From an uncultured Clostridia bacterium (GTDB lineage Bacteria; Bacillota; Clostridia; Christensenellales; UBA1242), in contig CALWOU010000003.1 of the NCBI GenBank assembly GCA_944383245.1, positions 96 to 64,095 of the forward strand: 64,000 nucleotides of DNA, read 5' to 3'. Below, piece by piece: positions 1 to 10,463 of the stretch (within the stretch, counting starts at the first letter, position 1; each line of letters begins with the position of its first letter). The notes beneath the pieces were generated by a model that had not been told where the DNA came from, made no database searches, and saw nothing but the letters and a program-made list of their open reading frames with translations. The translations under genes and the position numbers were made by a program.

Positions 1-119
1 TTTATTCAAATATTAAAATAAACAAATTATTTTTCAATAAAATTAATAAAATTTCCTATAACCATTCATATGAGTGACTATGCAAATTTTGAAAAAGTGG
101 GTTATATTGACACAAACCT

Positions 120-1466
120 TCAACGGAATTCAAATATATCTCTATCTGGTGTATCTGCAACATATCTTGGTTTGCTGTATGGAGAGTTCCAATGCAATTT
201 CCATTTGGTATCTTCTTGATCTAAATCGTAATATTCGAAGAAATCACCCAAAAGGTTAGATGCAAGCTGTCTACACTCTTTACTAAAGCGTCGATGAAAC
301 AAGCCAGTATCGTCAGTTCCTGTCATTCTACGAAGAAAATGTATATAATTAAAATAAGCGAATAAAGTATCTATGGATTTATTTTTGTGATATGCTTTTT
401 CTTTATAAGTTGCTAGAACGTATTTAATTAGCGAGTCAGTTTCTTGATACATATAATCGCTGAGTTTATTTAATTTTTCATACTCACCTTTTAAATACAC
501 CAATCTTAATATTGCTCTTCGCAACACTTTACTTGAATCTTTAGCTGTTAAATATTTATCTTCTATTGGAATTCTATCCTTTAAATTAACATCAGTAGAT
601 ATATTATCAATATAGTGAGGGACCCGGTCATATTTATTATTAATGAGGTGAGGGATCCAGCCATATTTATTATTATAATCCCAACAGCGCGATTCAAATT
701 TGTTATTTAAAATATCATACAATTTAGTTATTAAATTATTATGCTCAACAATCTTTTTACGATCGTCCATATTTAATACGTCTTTTGCAATTTTTGATTC
801 CTTGCACAAAAAATGACATAAACGATCAATATATTCAGGTTTCATAAACGAAAATAATGAAGAATCTGATTCAATATTTTTTTTAAAACGAGGAATATCT
901 TCTTTTAAATATTCTATTTCAAACTGCACATCTTGATCAAATATTCTCATTTTATAAAATAGTTCATATAAAATCCTTAAATCACCTTCTATAACTCTTC
1001 CATCGCGCCAAAGTTCCTCATCGATGCCTTTGGTTATATTAGGTGTGGGTGCTAGATATTCTTTATTGTTTAGTATTTCTTCGAAACCCTCTTTTATATA
1101 ACCGTAATATGCGTCAAATTCTGATTTTGTATTCATAATGAATTTATCAACGTCTAAATATTGCTCATGTGTGCTATCATATGTCATCACAACATTCAAT
1201 CCATCTTTACGAATATCTAATTTGCTAATTTTATCTAAGGCAATTTTTATAATTTCACATAATTTTTGATATGCCTTAACGTCACCGTTAATTGCTTTTT
1301 CAATAATTTTTCTAAAATTTTCTTTTTCGCTATCATCCACGAATCTAGAAAATAAATACCATGCTTCATTTTTGCGCTCTGTTAATTCATCGTAATAATC
1401 TTCAATTATGGATTCTGTTGGCATAATGCCTTTACTTCTAATCTTTTCAAGTAATTTTAATCTCAT
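120..1466 (-). CDS. hypothetical protein (~448 aa), family not recognised
   Basis: Long intact ORF (track 120..1532). Start moved to ATG 1466, which has AAGGAGA 7 nt upstream on the minus strand. No diagnostic motif seen. Confidence 0.6.
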   Translation of the reverse strand: MRLKLLEKIRSKGIMPTESIIEDYYDELTERKNEAWYLFSRFVDDSEKENFRKIIEKAINGDVKAYQKLCEIIKIALDKISKLDIRKDGLNVVMTYDSTHEQYLDVDKFIMNTKSEFDAYYGYIKEGFEEILNNKEYLAPTPNITKGIDEELWRDGRVIEGDLRILYELFYKMRIFDQDVQFEIEYLKEDIPRFKKNIESDSSLFSFMKPEYIDRLCHFLCKESKIAKDVLNMDDRKKIVEHNNLITKLYDILNNKFESRCWDYNNKYGWIPHLINNKYDRVPHYIDNISTDVNLKDRIPIEDKYLTAKDSSKVLRRAILRLVYLKGEYEKLNKLSDYMYQETDSLIKYVLATYKEKAYHKNKSIDTLFAYFNYIHFLRRMTGTDDTGLFHRRFSKECRQLASNLLGDFFEYYDLDQEDTKWKLHWNSPYSKPRYVADTPDRDIFEFR

Positions 1467-1721
1467 TTTTTTCTCCTTGAGAAAATGATAACATAAAATT
1501 GCCTTATTGTCAACACTAAATATTTTTTCCATTTTCTCATTTGAGTATTTAACAAAAATTTTTTGAAATTTTAAATTTTTTCATATCTTCTCCAAAATGT
1601 TGCGTTGTAGTAATTGACACATCTTTATATTTTCAATTATATATTAGCGCAAATAAAAAAGCAATGTTTTTTGAAGTAACTCCTTCAGTGTTCACTTCAT
1701 TTTTTACATTGCTTTCACTGA

Positions 1722-2039
1722 TTAGCCCATGATAAGTGGAACAATTATTCCGGCAATAACAATTAGCAAACAAATTATATAAAGCACTTTCCAAACCATT
1801 TGTTTTGCCTTAACGTATCTCCAAGCCAAGATTGAAACAATGACAATCATAACAGCAGTTGCGATACCTTGCAAAATTCCAACGACACTTAGACTAACAC
1901 CACAAGCAGAAAGAATCAATGCAATTGCATACAAAATTGTTACTGCAACAATTGTCCAAAACGAGATTTTGTTCAAACCCCAAACACTGCGTTTAGAACT
2001 AGAACTTGATGACTTTGAGCTTTTAGAAGAATTTGCCAT
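1722..2039 (-). CDS. small integral membrane protein (Ser/Lys-rich N-terminus, 3 predicted TM helices)
   Basis: 105-aa ORF with AGGAGG RBS upstream. 'SSKSSKSSSSSSKRS' is followed by three hydrophobic stretches. Confidence 0.6.
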   Translation of the reverse strand: MANSSKSSKSSSSSSKRSVWGLNKISFWTIVAVTILYAIALILSACGVSLSVVGILQGIATAVMIVIVSILAWRYVKAKQMVWKVLYIICLLIVIAGIIVPLIMG

Positions 2040-2281
2040 ACCTACCTCCTATGTTATTATAATAAGAATTTAATAAAAATTTGTCAAATAAATTAATAAA
2101 ATTTATAAATTTTTATATTTATTTTGATTTTTTATCATAAATTATATCTAATAAGAAAGAATGCTCGATGCATTTATAATATTTTCCTCGTTTGGACTAG
2201 GCGTTTCGATAGCCTCTAAGCCTTAAATTTGTAATTTACAATCGTTAAATTAATAAATAGATTAAAAATTAAAATTATAAA

Positions 2282-5200
2282 TTATAACAATTCGCCCGTG
2301 TTGATTGAATAGATATAAGTGTTTTTAACGGGTAGATTGTATGCTTTTTCGACTGCCATTTTATAAAGTGACAATTGTTCGCTATATTTCTGTTTAAGTG
2401 TTTTGATTGGAAGGCGGGAAAATTTATAGTCCACAATATCGATTGAATTTTCATTGATGATAATTAAATCGACCACACCTTGAACAAGCACTTTGTCATT
2501 AATCTCGCTATCAACAATTAAAGAATATGGAACATACATCATAAACTCTGCTTCTTTTTTGATTTGTTTTGCAAATTTTGCTAACTTTGATAAATTTGCG
2601 TGCGCTAGTTCGATTTTTTTATAGTCTACATCATTAAAATCTGTGTTTTTAATATAAGCGCTAGTTAAATCTAACTTTTCTAGTGCCTCGTGATAATGAG
2701 TGCCAACAAGCGCTCTATCTTCGTTTTGATTATACTGCACGTCTTTTTTTAACCAAGTACGCGTAACAAATTTTTCCTCTTCACTCTTTTTCGAGTTTAT
2801 GCCTGTGACTGTGTTTTTAAGTGGAATATCTAAAATCTTGTTTGGATAAACAAAACCCTCATATTTACTTTCAATATATCTAACACTATCTTCCACATTA
2901 TTTATAGCGGTGATTTCTTCGTCGAATAAAGTAATTTCGCAGTTTTCAAAAACATTTTCGCCAATATGCAATCTATTTTCGTAGCAAGATAAAATCATAT
3001 TCACAAAATTCGTTTTATTTATCTCACCTTCTAGCATTTTATCTGAATATTTCCCGAAAATGAAAAGTTTATTTTTTGCGCGCGTCATAGCAACATATAA
3101 TAGACGCATTTCTTCTTTGTAACCTTTTTCTGAATTCAAAATTTTGATAGCAAACTTTGTTAGGCTATCCATTTTAGTTCGCTCTGCCACATTAAAATAA
3201 TCCACACCAAAACCAACGGACGAATTAAATACAATCTCATCTTTTTCGCCAAGATATGAAAACATTTTGCTAGAGTTGTATAATATTACAACAGGATACT
3301 CTAGCCCTTTGCTTTTATGAATCGTTTGAATGGTTACGCAATTTGGTTTATCAATGGTGGCAAAGTCGGCGCTTTTGTTAACATTGCTTTCAACAACCAA
3401 AATAAATTCGGCGAGGTTTAAACTATTTTCAATAGAAGTTAGTTGCATAACAAATTCATCAATAAGTTTTAATTCGCGCTCGCCATTTTTCTTTTGAAGG
3501 AAATAATATTTTAGTTTTTGTTCGTTTAAAATGTAATAGATTAGTTCACTATTAGAGAGTGTATACGAATTATTTTTTATATCGTTTAGTTTATTAAAAA
3601 ACTCAAAAATTTTTTCATTTTCACGAAATTTCACTAAATTTTCATAAAAATTCGTGTTTTTTTCGCGTATTTCAATAATTTCATCAATATTTATATTTGT
3701 AAGCGCTAAGATTGATGCGAGAAAATCCACATCGTCGCCAACATTGATAACGCATTTTAAAATTGATAAAATGAGCTTTATTCCCTCGCTAGATTCAACG
3801 TCTAATTTATTGTTTATGCCTACAGGAACAGTATTAGATTTTAACAATTCAATCAATTCTTGAGATGATTCATCTTTTTCTGAATGCGTTAAAATTGCTA
3901 TATCGCTATAATCCAATTTGCGTGTGATTTTTAGGTTTGCATCATAAAATTCAGTGCCAATCAATTCGGTTATTGTTTTTAAAGTGAGAAGCGCCTCGCT
4001 AGAAATTTTAACTGACTTTTTATTATCATTTTTAACGCTATATATTCCGCTTGCAATTTCAGTTTCTGCCTCGTCTTTAACAAGCATTATTTTAACTTTA
4101 TCATCTAAAATATCGTCACGTTTTGGGTCAATCATTGCATCGTGAAGGTAGTCAATGTCTGCAGTATCAACCGTCATTATTTTAGAAAAAATTTCGTTGA
4201 TGAATTTAAGTATTTTAGGATTCGACCTAAAATTTATATTCATATCAAACACACTATCATTTTTTAACTTTTTTAACGTGTTATATTTATCTAAAAACCA
4301 CTCAGGACTAGACCCTCTAAAACCATAAATTGACTGCTTAACATCGCCAACCATAAATAGTTTCGTGTTATCTCCAACAAGCCTTGACATCAACATATCT
4401 TGAAGCGGATTAACATCTTGATATTCATCAATGAAAATGTATTTATATTGCGAATGCAACTCGGCTAAAATGCGCGGGTTTTCTGTTAATTTCAACATTA
4501 ATCTATTAAGGTCGGAAAAATCTAGCAAATTATTTTTTTCTTTTAACTCGTTGTAATTTTGCATAAAATTTTTAAGTAATTCAATAAAAATCTTAAAATA
4601 TTTTAAAATTTGCGCATTTTTTTCATCAAAATGGTCGTCAATTTGATTTTCTTTTAATTTATTAATCAGTCCATAAAACTTTTTTATCTTTGAATTTAAC
4701 TCTTTTAGCCCCTCATTTTCTTTATATTCTTTCGTTGAAAAACTGATTTCATTTATAGATTGAAGAGTTCGTAAATTTGCTTTTAAAGTTAGTTTATTGC
4801 TAATATTATTTAAATTTTCCATAAAATTATTTAGTTTTTCTTTAATTTTACTATCAAAATTAGAAAAATTTTCAATAATTTCTTTTTTTATGCGATTTAT
4901 ATTTGAAACGATAAAGTCGTTTACTATTTTTTCACTTTTAATTGAGTCTACATATTCATTAAGCGAGTTAGATATAAATCCGTCCACGTCGTACAAATTT
5001 GAAACATTATAAAACGCTGTTAAGATTAGTTCTTCTAAGCGGTCAAAATTGCGCCTATTCCCGCCATATAAATCAAGCATAATGTTGACTTTTTCGCTAT
5101 CTTTACTAAGTTCGTCAATCGTTTTTTTCATTGCGCGAGTGATAAAATAATCTCGCGTGGCATCTGAGATAATTTCAATGTTTGGCGACAAATTTAATTC

Positions 5201-5548
5201 ATAAAAATACTTTCTAATTGTTTTTGAATTAAATCCATCGATAGTGTCAATTGAAGCAGTTTTTAACTCCTCCATCATATCTATTATTTGCTGACGCCTT
5301 TGTTCATCCTCAATATTGTTTAATTCATCTTTTAATCTTGCAATTAGGCGCGTTTTCATTTCATTGGATGCAAGGACTGTGAAAGTAACCACTAACAATT
5401 CGCTAACTTTCACTTCATTGGATAAAAGTAAATTTCCGATTTTTTCAATCATCACTGTAGTTTTTCCACTGCCAGCACCCGCGCTAACAAGTTGATTTAC
5501 AGAGTTTGAAAAAAGTATTTTTTCTTGAATTCCATCAAATTTTTTCAT
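2282..5548 (-). CDS. addA: ATP-dependent helicase/nuclease subunit A (AddA/RexA)
   Basis: UvrD-type Walker A 'AGAGSGKTTVM', 'FIDEYQDVNPLQ', C-terminal RecB-type nuclease 'VVDLIIINENSIDIVDYKF'. The start overlaps the addB stop by 4 nt. Confidence 0.93.
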   Translation of the reverse strand: MKKFDGIQEKILFSNSVNQLVSAGAGSGKTTVMIEKIGNLLLSNEVKVSELLVVTFTVLASNEMKTRLIARLKDELNNIEDEQRRQQIIDMMEELKTASIDTIDGFNSKTIRKYFYELNLSPNIEIISDATRDYFITRAMKKTIDELSKDSEKVNIMLDLYGGNRRNFDRLEELILTAFYNVSNLYDVDGFISNSLNEYVDSIKSEKIVNDFIVSNINRIKKEIIENFSNFDSKIKEKLNNFMENLNNISNKLTLKANLRTLQSINEISFSTKEYKENEGLKELNSKIKKFYGLINKLKENQIDDHFDEKNAQILKYFKIFIELLKNFMQNYNELKEKNNLLDFSDLNRLMLKLTENPRILAELHSQYKYIFIDEYQDVNPLQDMLMSRLVGDNTKLFMVGDVKQSIYGFRGSSPEWFLDKYNTLKKLKNDSVFDMNINFRSNPKILKFINEIFSKIMTVDTADIDYLHDAMIDPKRDDILDDKVKIMLVKDEAETEIASGIYSVKNDNKKSVKISSEALLTLKTITELIGTEFYDANLKITRKLDYSDIAILTHSEKDESSQELIELLKSNTVPVGINNKLDVESSEGIKLILSILKCVINVGDDVDFLASILALTNINIDEIIEIREKNTNFYENLVKFRENEKIFEFFNKLNDIKNNSYTLSNSELIYYILNEQKLKYYFLQKKNGERELKLIDEFVMQLTSIENSLNLAEFILVVESNVNKSADFATIDKPNCVTIQTIHKSKGLEYPVVILYNSSKMFSYLGEKDEIVFNSSVGFGVDYFNVAERTKMDSLTKFAIKILNSEKGYKEEMRLLYVAMTRAKNKLFIFGKYSDKMLEGEINKTNFVNMILSCYENRLHIGENVFENCEITLFDEEITAINNVEDSVRYIESKYEGFVYPNKILDIPLKNTVTGINSKKSEEEKFVTRTWLKKDVQYNQNEDRALVGTHYHEALEKLDLTSAYIKNTDFNDVDYKKIELAHANLSKLAKFAKQIKKEAEFMMYVPYSLIVDSEINDKVLVQGVVDLIIINENSIDIVDYKFSRLPIKTLKQKYSEQLSLYKMAVEKAYNLPVKNTYIYSINTGELL

Positions 5549-8500
5549 ACTTCCTCCTTAAAACTATCTAAATTTACTTTTTCCGCCACTCTACTTTCAA
5601 CACCTGAGCAAGAGCGCATACAAATATGCGAGTATGCACAATATTTGCAAGGATTAGAAATATCACTAGGAGATGGCGCTATGTAGCCTGACTTTATTTC
5701 ATCCACCGCTTGAATCGAAACATTTTTTGCATAATTTTTTAGCCTAGACATTTCGTCGAAACTTAGTTCTTTATACCCCGTTGTTTTGCTTGCAATTCCG
5801 TCTTTATTCATTCTGATATTTACAATGTCGCTTTTCATTCCTGCAACAAGACGTGTGTCCATAGACGAAACAATCTCGCTATCGTTAACAAAAAATCCTT
5901 TTAATGAATATGTGCTACTCTCGCGCGAATACGCATTATGAAGAGGAAGATAAAACTCGCCAACGACACTTTTTTTTGTGTGATTTTCCATAGCGAGCGC
6001 ATACAAAAACAACTGCAATTTGTTACCATAGAAAAGTTCTTTCAAACTTGCATCCGCTCTTCCAGATTTATAGTCGATTACGCGCAACTTATCTTTATAC
6101 TCATCCACCCTATCTATTTTTCCAATAATGTTGATATTGCTAAATTTTAGCGCGCTTTCGCCTTTAAATTCACACTCAAAATATTTAGGTGTGAAAAGTG
6201 AATTCTCGTCTATATAATTTAGTCCGTTTATAACTCGATAAGCCTCATCAATAAGCATTGTTAAAATTGGACTTTTCGCATTTAATTTTAACCTCTCATC
6301 TTTAGTGACAAAATTATAAACTTCATTAACCACAAACTGATAAATATCTCCAACTTGTTTTTTTAGTTTGTAATACTTAAAACAAATTTCGTGAAGTATA
6401 TTTCCAACGTCAAGTGATAAAATTTCGCTCTCTAGCCTTGGACGAATTTTTAAAATATTGTTTAAAAACGCACTGAACGGACACTTAAAATAACTTTCTA
6501 ATTGAGAGGCAGAAATTGTGGTCATATCATCAAAAATTTTCAAGTTTTTTTCATTAATTTTTGAAAAATCTTTATTTTTTATTAAATTTTCATTAAATTT
6601 TGTTAAATTTTGAAAATTTTTGTTATTTTTACTAAGTTCTCCAATCTCATCCCACTTGCTAAGTGCTATGTATTTTCCATACTCAAAATTAATTATTGGA
6701 GGAAGATTAAAAAGTTTATCATTATACTTTATAACTAACCTTGATTTAAGTTCAGCAATCAAATCGCTTTCACTTTTTGAATAGGTTATGGTTAACGTTT
6801 TATTAAAAAGTGTGACAGTATTATATAATCTCAATTTAGATAACCTATTAATATGTGCGATAGTCGGACTTAGTTTATTTGAAAAATTAAGTTCATTAAT
6901 CTCGTTATCTAAAATAATTCCACAATCTGTCTTGTACATTGGTGCGTGGTCGCTTGTGCAATTTACAATGTAAAAATTATCAAACTTTTCCATACAATCG
7001 TTAGCATCAACAATTTTAACAACATCCAGCCCGAGCGGAAGATTGCTAAATTTCAAACTTGGCGCAATGCTGGCAAAAATTTCAAAAACTTTTGTTATAT
7101 CAGCCGACGGATAAAATGCTAAAATGTCATCAAAAAGGTTATAAATTAATTCAACCGATTTTGTTATAGTTAAGCGCTTTTCAAGTGGCACGTTTTGAGA
7201 TTTTTCATTTAAAATTTCTTCAGCTCTATATTCAGAGCACGCATTTTTTAATTTTTCTATGATTTTTACAATATCCTCATTTTCATCTATTGTAAACGCG
7301 TCAAAAAATTTTGTAAGAATTTCTAAATCATTGCTTACGTCCTCTCCTATGTTTAATTTATTATCAATTTTTCCGCGATAATTTCTATTTATCAACCGCT
7401 CTATAATTATTCTTTTTTTCTCATTTTCCATTAAGCAAAACGGCGAATTTATAATGTCAATTATGCTAAAAAGTGGATGACCTTCAAGATTATATTTAAA
7501 CACAGAACACAAAAATTTATAAAATATGCTTTTATTTAGTGTTAAATCAGTGTCAATATAGCAATTTATTTCATATTTTGAAAAAATTTCTTTAATTTTT
7601 TTTATATGCGACTCCAAGTCAAACACAGCCACTCCAAAGTTAGAAAATCTATGCCCTGATAAAATTTTTTCTCTAATATCGCGCGCCACAAACTCAATTT
7701 CGCTATTAATGTGATTAGATGAAAACAATATAATCTCGTTTTTATCCACAACAAAAGTTTCTTTATTAAGACCAAATAGATTGCGTGTTAAAAAATCTTT
7801 TACGTCGTTATTTTCCGTCACAAAATCTTCAACTTTAAAACCTAATTCGTTTGTGTAGGCAACCTTTTTTAGCGAATAATAAACATCGTCTGAGTAAATA
7901 TTATTATTAGGATTATTAGAAAAATAATTTATAACACTCACTTCGCTTTCTTGTGCGAGTCGTTCAATAATTGTGTACTCAATAGCAGTGAAATCATCAA
8001 AGCCAACAAACAAAATTTTTGAGTTTTCCCTACCATTTGCCACACTAAAAGCGCTAAGCAAAAACATATCAGAAGAATCCAATAGTCCCGCCTTATTTTT
8101 TTCATATAGTTCGTAAATTTTTGCAAGGTCTAATATCTTATTTTGAAGTTGAATGTTTTTAGACTTAAACAATTTCATCTCTTCAAAATTAATTTTAGAA
8201 GCTTTAAGTTGCGTGATTGTTTTGAAAATTTCTTCTGCGTAACTAAACGAATACGCTCTACTCTTTAACACATTAAAATCTTGCAAATCTTCGTTTAAAA
8301 TTTTATGTATTAAAAGAACACTTCCCGTGCTGGTAATCATTTTTGATTTATCAACATCTAAATTTCGCTTTGCAAATCTATTCAACGTGGAAACGGAAAT
8401 GTTGAAACTGCTCTCAATATTTAATTTTTCAAACAAAAATTTTTCCATAAATAAACTTAGTTTATCTGGAACCACAATTTCGATTTTTTCTTCATTTGAC

Positions 8501-8565
8501 GCACAAAAATTTATTGCATATTCTAGTGCGTTAGATAGCGAACAAACGTTAATGAGTTTTATCAT
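5545..8565 (-). CDS. addB: ATP-dependent helicase/nuclease subunit B (AddB/RexB)
   Basis: 1006 aa immediately upstream of addA. C-terminal nuclease 'LRVIDYKSG' and Fe-S cysteines 'NPCKYCAYSHICM', typical of AddB. Confidence 0.9.
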   Translation of the reverse strand: MIKLINVCSLSNALEYAINFCASNEEKIEIVVPDKLSLFMEKFLFEKLNIESSFNISVSTLNRFAKRNLDVDKSKMITSTGSVLLIHKILNEDLQDFNVLKSRAYSFSYAEEIFKTITQLKASKINFEEMKLFKSKNIQLQNKILDLAKIYELYEKNKAGLLDSSDMFLLSAFSVANGRENSKILFVGFDDFTAIEYTIIERLAQESEVSVINYFSNNPNNNIYSDDVYYSLKKVAYTNELGFKVEDFVTENNDVKDFLTRNLFGLNKETFVVDKNEIILFSSNHINSEIEFVARDIREKILSGHRFSNFGVAVFDLESHIKKIKEIFSKYEINCYIDTDLTLNKSIFYKFLCSVFKYNLEGHPLFSIIDIINSPFCLMENEKKRIIIERLINRNYRGKIDNKLNIGEDVSNDLEILTKFFDAFTIDENEDIVKIIEKLKNACSEYRAEEILNEKSQNVPLEKRLTITKSVELIYNLFDDILAFYPSADITKVFEIFASIAPSLKFSNLPLGLDVVKIVDANDCMEKFDNFYIVNCTSDHAPMYKTDCGIILDNEINELNFSNKLSPTIAHINRLSKLRLYNTVTLFNKTLTITYSKSESDLIAELKSRLVIKYNDKLFNLPPIINFEYGKYIALSKWDEIGELSKNNKNFQNLTKFNENLIKNKDFSKINEKNLKIFDDMTTISASQLESYFKCPFSAFLNNILKIRPRLESEILSLDVGNILHEICFKYYKLKKQVGDIYQFVVNEVYNFVTKDERLKLNAKSPILTMLIDEAYRVINGLNYIDENSLFTPKYFECEFKGESALKFSNINIIGKIDRVDEYKDKLRVIDYKSGRADASLKELFYGNKLQLFLYALAMENHTKKSVVGEFYLPLHNAYSRESSTYSLKGFFVNDSEIVSSMDTRLVAGMKSDIVNIRMNKDGIASKTTGYKELSFDEMSRLKNYAKNVSIQAVDEIKSGYIAPSPSDISNPCKYCAYSHICMRSCSGVESRVAEKVNLDSFKEEV

Positions 8566-8840
8566 AATTTGATTGTATCACATTTTAGTATTTTTTGCAA
8601 TACAAAATTAATTTATATATAACTTAATTGTTAACTAATAAACGTTATTGAACTTAACCACCAAATTAAAAGAATTAGTTGTTTTAAAAAATTCCACAAA
8701 TAAATTGTTCGTCCGCTCATTACAATTTAAAAAAAACACAAAATGAATCTATTTTTAAACAAATTTGCTAATAAAATGTCAGTTTTAATTAAATTGAATA
8801 AAATTTTATAATTTGCGCAAGATAACAATGGAGGTGCTAA

Positions 8841-9005
8841 ATGGCTAATAGCAAACAATGGCGCCCTGGTGAAACCGTTCCAGAGTCTGCAACTTATGTT
8901 GCTTTTGACGCAAATGGAAAGAATGGTGGAAGTTTATACCTTGAAAAAGGCAAAAGATTCCCTGCCACTCAACACTCAGGAAGCTATTATAAATTAGGTG
9001 AATAG
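8841..9005 (+). CDS. YjzC-like small protein (54 aa)
   Basis: Below the ORF-track size cutoff. GGAGG RBS at 8830-8834. The translation 'MANSKQWRPGETVPESATYVAFDANGKNGGSLYLEKGKRFPATQHSGSYYKLGE' fits the YjzC pattern (RPGE.VP.S..Y ... KG..FP.T). A terminator follows. Confidence 0.7.
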   Translation: MANSKQWRPGETVPESATYVAFDANGKNGGSLYLEKGKRFPATQHSGSYYKLGE

Positions 9006-9030
9006 TATCCGATTGCCTTACGGCAAGAAA

Positions 9031-9061
9031 AAAACAGGTTATCAATTGAACCTGTTTTTTT
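9031..9061. terminator. bidirectional rho-independent terminator
   Basis: Stem 'aacaggtt'/'aacctgtt' flanked by an A-run and a T-run, between the convergent YjzC-like and peptidase genes. Confidence 0.75.
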
Positions 9062-10247
9062 ATGCGCGACCTTTTCTTAAGTTTTTAATTTTTCTTTCCC
9101 TTTCAACTTGCTCAGCTTGAATTTTTTTCTTTTCTTCCATATAGTATTTAGCGATTTCGTTAGGGTTCTCTTTATCTTTAAATCGTTTTTCGCACTCACG
9201 GTTTAAGTCAAGAAGTTTTTTCATTCCTGAAAGATAAATTTGCTTTTTAATAACATATTTTTTAATGCTATTCGGTGCTTTTCCGTCCTTCCAAAGAAGA
9301 GATAAGTATTCCTTTTTCTCATCGTCATTTGCTTGCGCTAAAACTTTATATTTTGTTTTGGTATCCATTGAATAGCCAACACCATATTTAACGCAAATTT
9401 CATCTGTTAGTTTTCGCTTTTCCTCAACAACATCCAACTCTAATTTTGCTTTTTGAATGTCTTTAATAAAGGATGAAACTAGTAAGAACGTGAAAATTGC
9501 AAAAGGAATAATTATTAAAAGGACTAATGGCACACTACCTGTTAATCCATTCAACACCACAGCAACACCGCGCGCGAATGCTGAATCGTCATAAACTCCA
9601 ACAACCATACTCTCATTAGTTTTCCAAATATCAGCACCAAGGTTAGAACTTCCCTTTGTTTCGAACCACCTCTCGCCGTTAGAATCTTCATAAATTCCAA
9701 CAATCTCGTGGAAAACAATCATACTTCCCGCATTTGCCGCCTCTTTGATTTCGTTAGATTGGAAACCAAAGAAATTGCCTATTGTTATGTGAGATCTTGT
9801 TTTAGTGTCCTCCAAATCAAGTTTGGTGGCATTTTCGCTATCAAATTCTGAGTAACTATCGCTATAAACATAAAACGCGATAATATCTCCCTCTCGCAAG
9901 GTGGAAGTGTCCACCGCTTTAACCACGGCATTATCTCCAACCTCAAAACCGCTTGCAACCATACTTCCGCTTGAAATTCGCATTAAACTAAATCCGGCAA
10001 AAGATGACGCTGTTCCATTAACTCTGCAAACAATTGAAGATAAGCAAAGCATAGAACTAATTGCAATAATACAAACAAAAACAATGTTGAGCATAATGGA
10101 AAAAACTTTTTTGTAGCCCGTTTTCTCTTTTAACAAATTTTCGTTTATTTTACGTTTTTTATTATATTTGTTATCAAGTTTATCGGCAACCTTTTTTATC
10201 GCGCGCTCAACACTATCATCATTGACAATAGTGATCTCTGCTTGCAT
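9060..10247 (-). CDS. S26-family signal peptidase I, SipW/ER-type, with C-terminal TM plus coiled-coil extension
   Basis: Catalytic-Ser box 'SSGSMVASGFEVGDNAVV', 'GDIIAFYVY', His box 'IVFHEIVGIY'. After the peptidase domain come a second TM and ~130 K/E-rich residues. Confidence 0.75.
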   Translation of the reverse strand: MQAEITIVNDDSVERAIKKVADKLDNKYNKKRKINENLLKEKTGYKKVFSIMLNIVFVCIIAISSMLCLSSIVCRVNGTASSFAGFSLMRISSGSMVASGFEVGDNAVVKAVDTSTLREGDIIAFYVYSDSYSEFDSENATKLDLEDTKTRSHITIGNFFGFQSNEIKEAANAGSMIVFHEIVGIYEDSNGERWFETKGSSNLGADIWKTNESMVVGVYDDSAFARGVAVVLNGLTGSVPLVLLIIIPFAIFTFLLVSSFIKDIQKAKLELDVVEEKRKLTDEICVKYGVGYSMDTKTKYKVLAQANDDEKKEYLSLLWKDGKAPNSIKKYVIKKQIYLSGMKKLLDLNRECEKRFKDKENPNEIAKYYMEEKKKIQAEQVERERKIKNLRKGRA

Positions 10248-10463
10248 ATTTACCTCTTATATAAGTTATATAAATCAAAACTATATTTCACTACCGCTTA
10301 AAATAAACTTAACATTATTTAAATATTAATAATCAATTTAAAGCGTAATATAAAACTTAATAGTTTGTTTTATCATTTTTAAGTTTCGTGAAAATAGTTT
10401 GTAACTTTAAAAATGGTGCTCTAGGATAGTCATCTCAATACCCTAGCGCACAATTATTTTTTA

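Noticed and set aside
2185-2225. Possible internally deleted copy of the 19402 repeat arm ('ttggactaggcgtttcgatagcctc')
   Set aside because: Only short shared words (ttggacta, cgtttcg) support it, which is too weak by eye to claim homology.
3654-8572. Short plus-strand ORFs inside addA/addB (e.g. 3654..3863, 4797..5012, 5938..6150, 8327..8572)
   Set aside because: They are antisense to long, motif-bearing genes, rich in I/F/L/S/K as expected for AT-rich antisense frames, and lack an RBS. The same reasoning applies to the antisense ORFs within leuS, glyQS, gap, the methylase and others.
8845-9045. Minus-strand 66-aa ORF
   Set aside because: The plus strand here encodes a well-formed YjzC-like protein with an RBS and a terminator. 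The minus-strand ORF has no RBS and an implausible composition.
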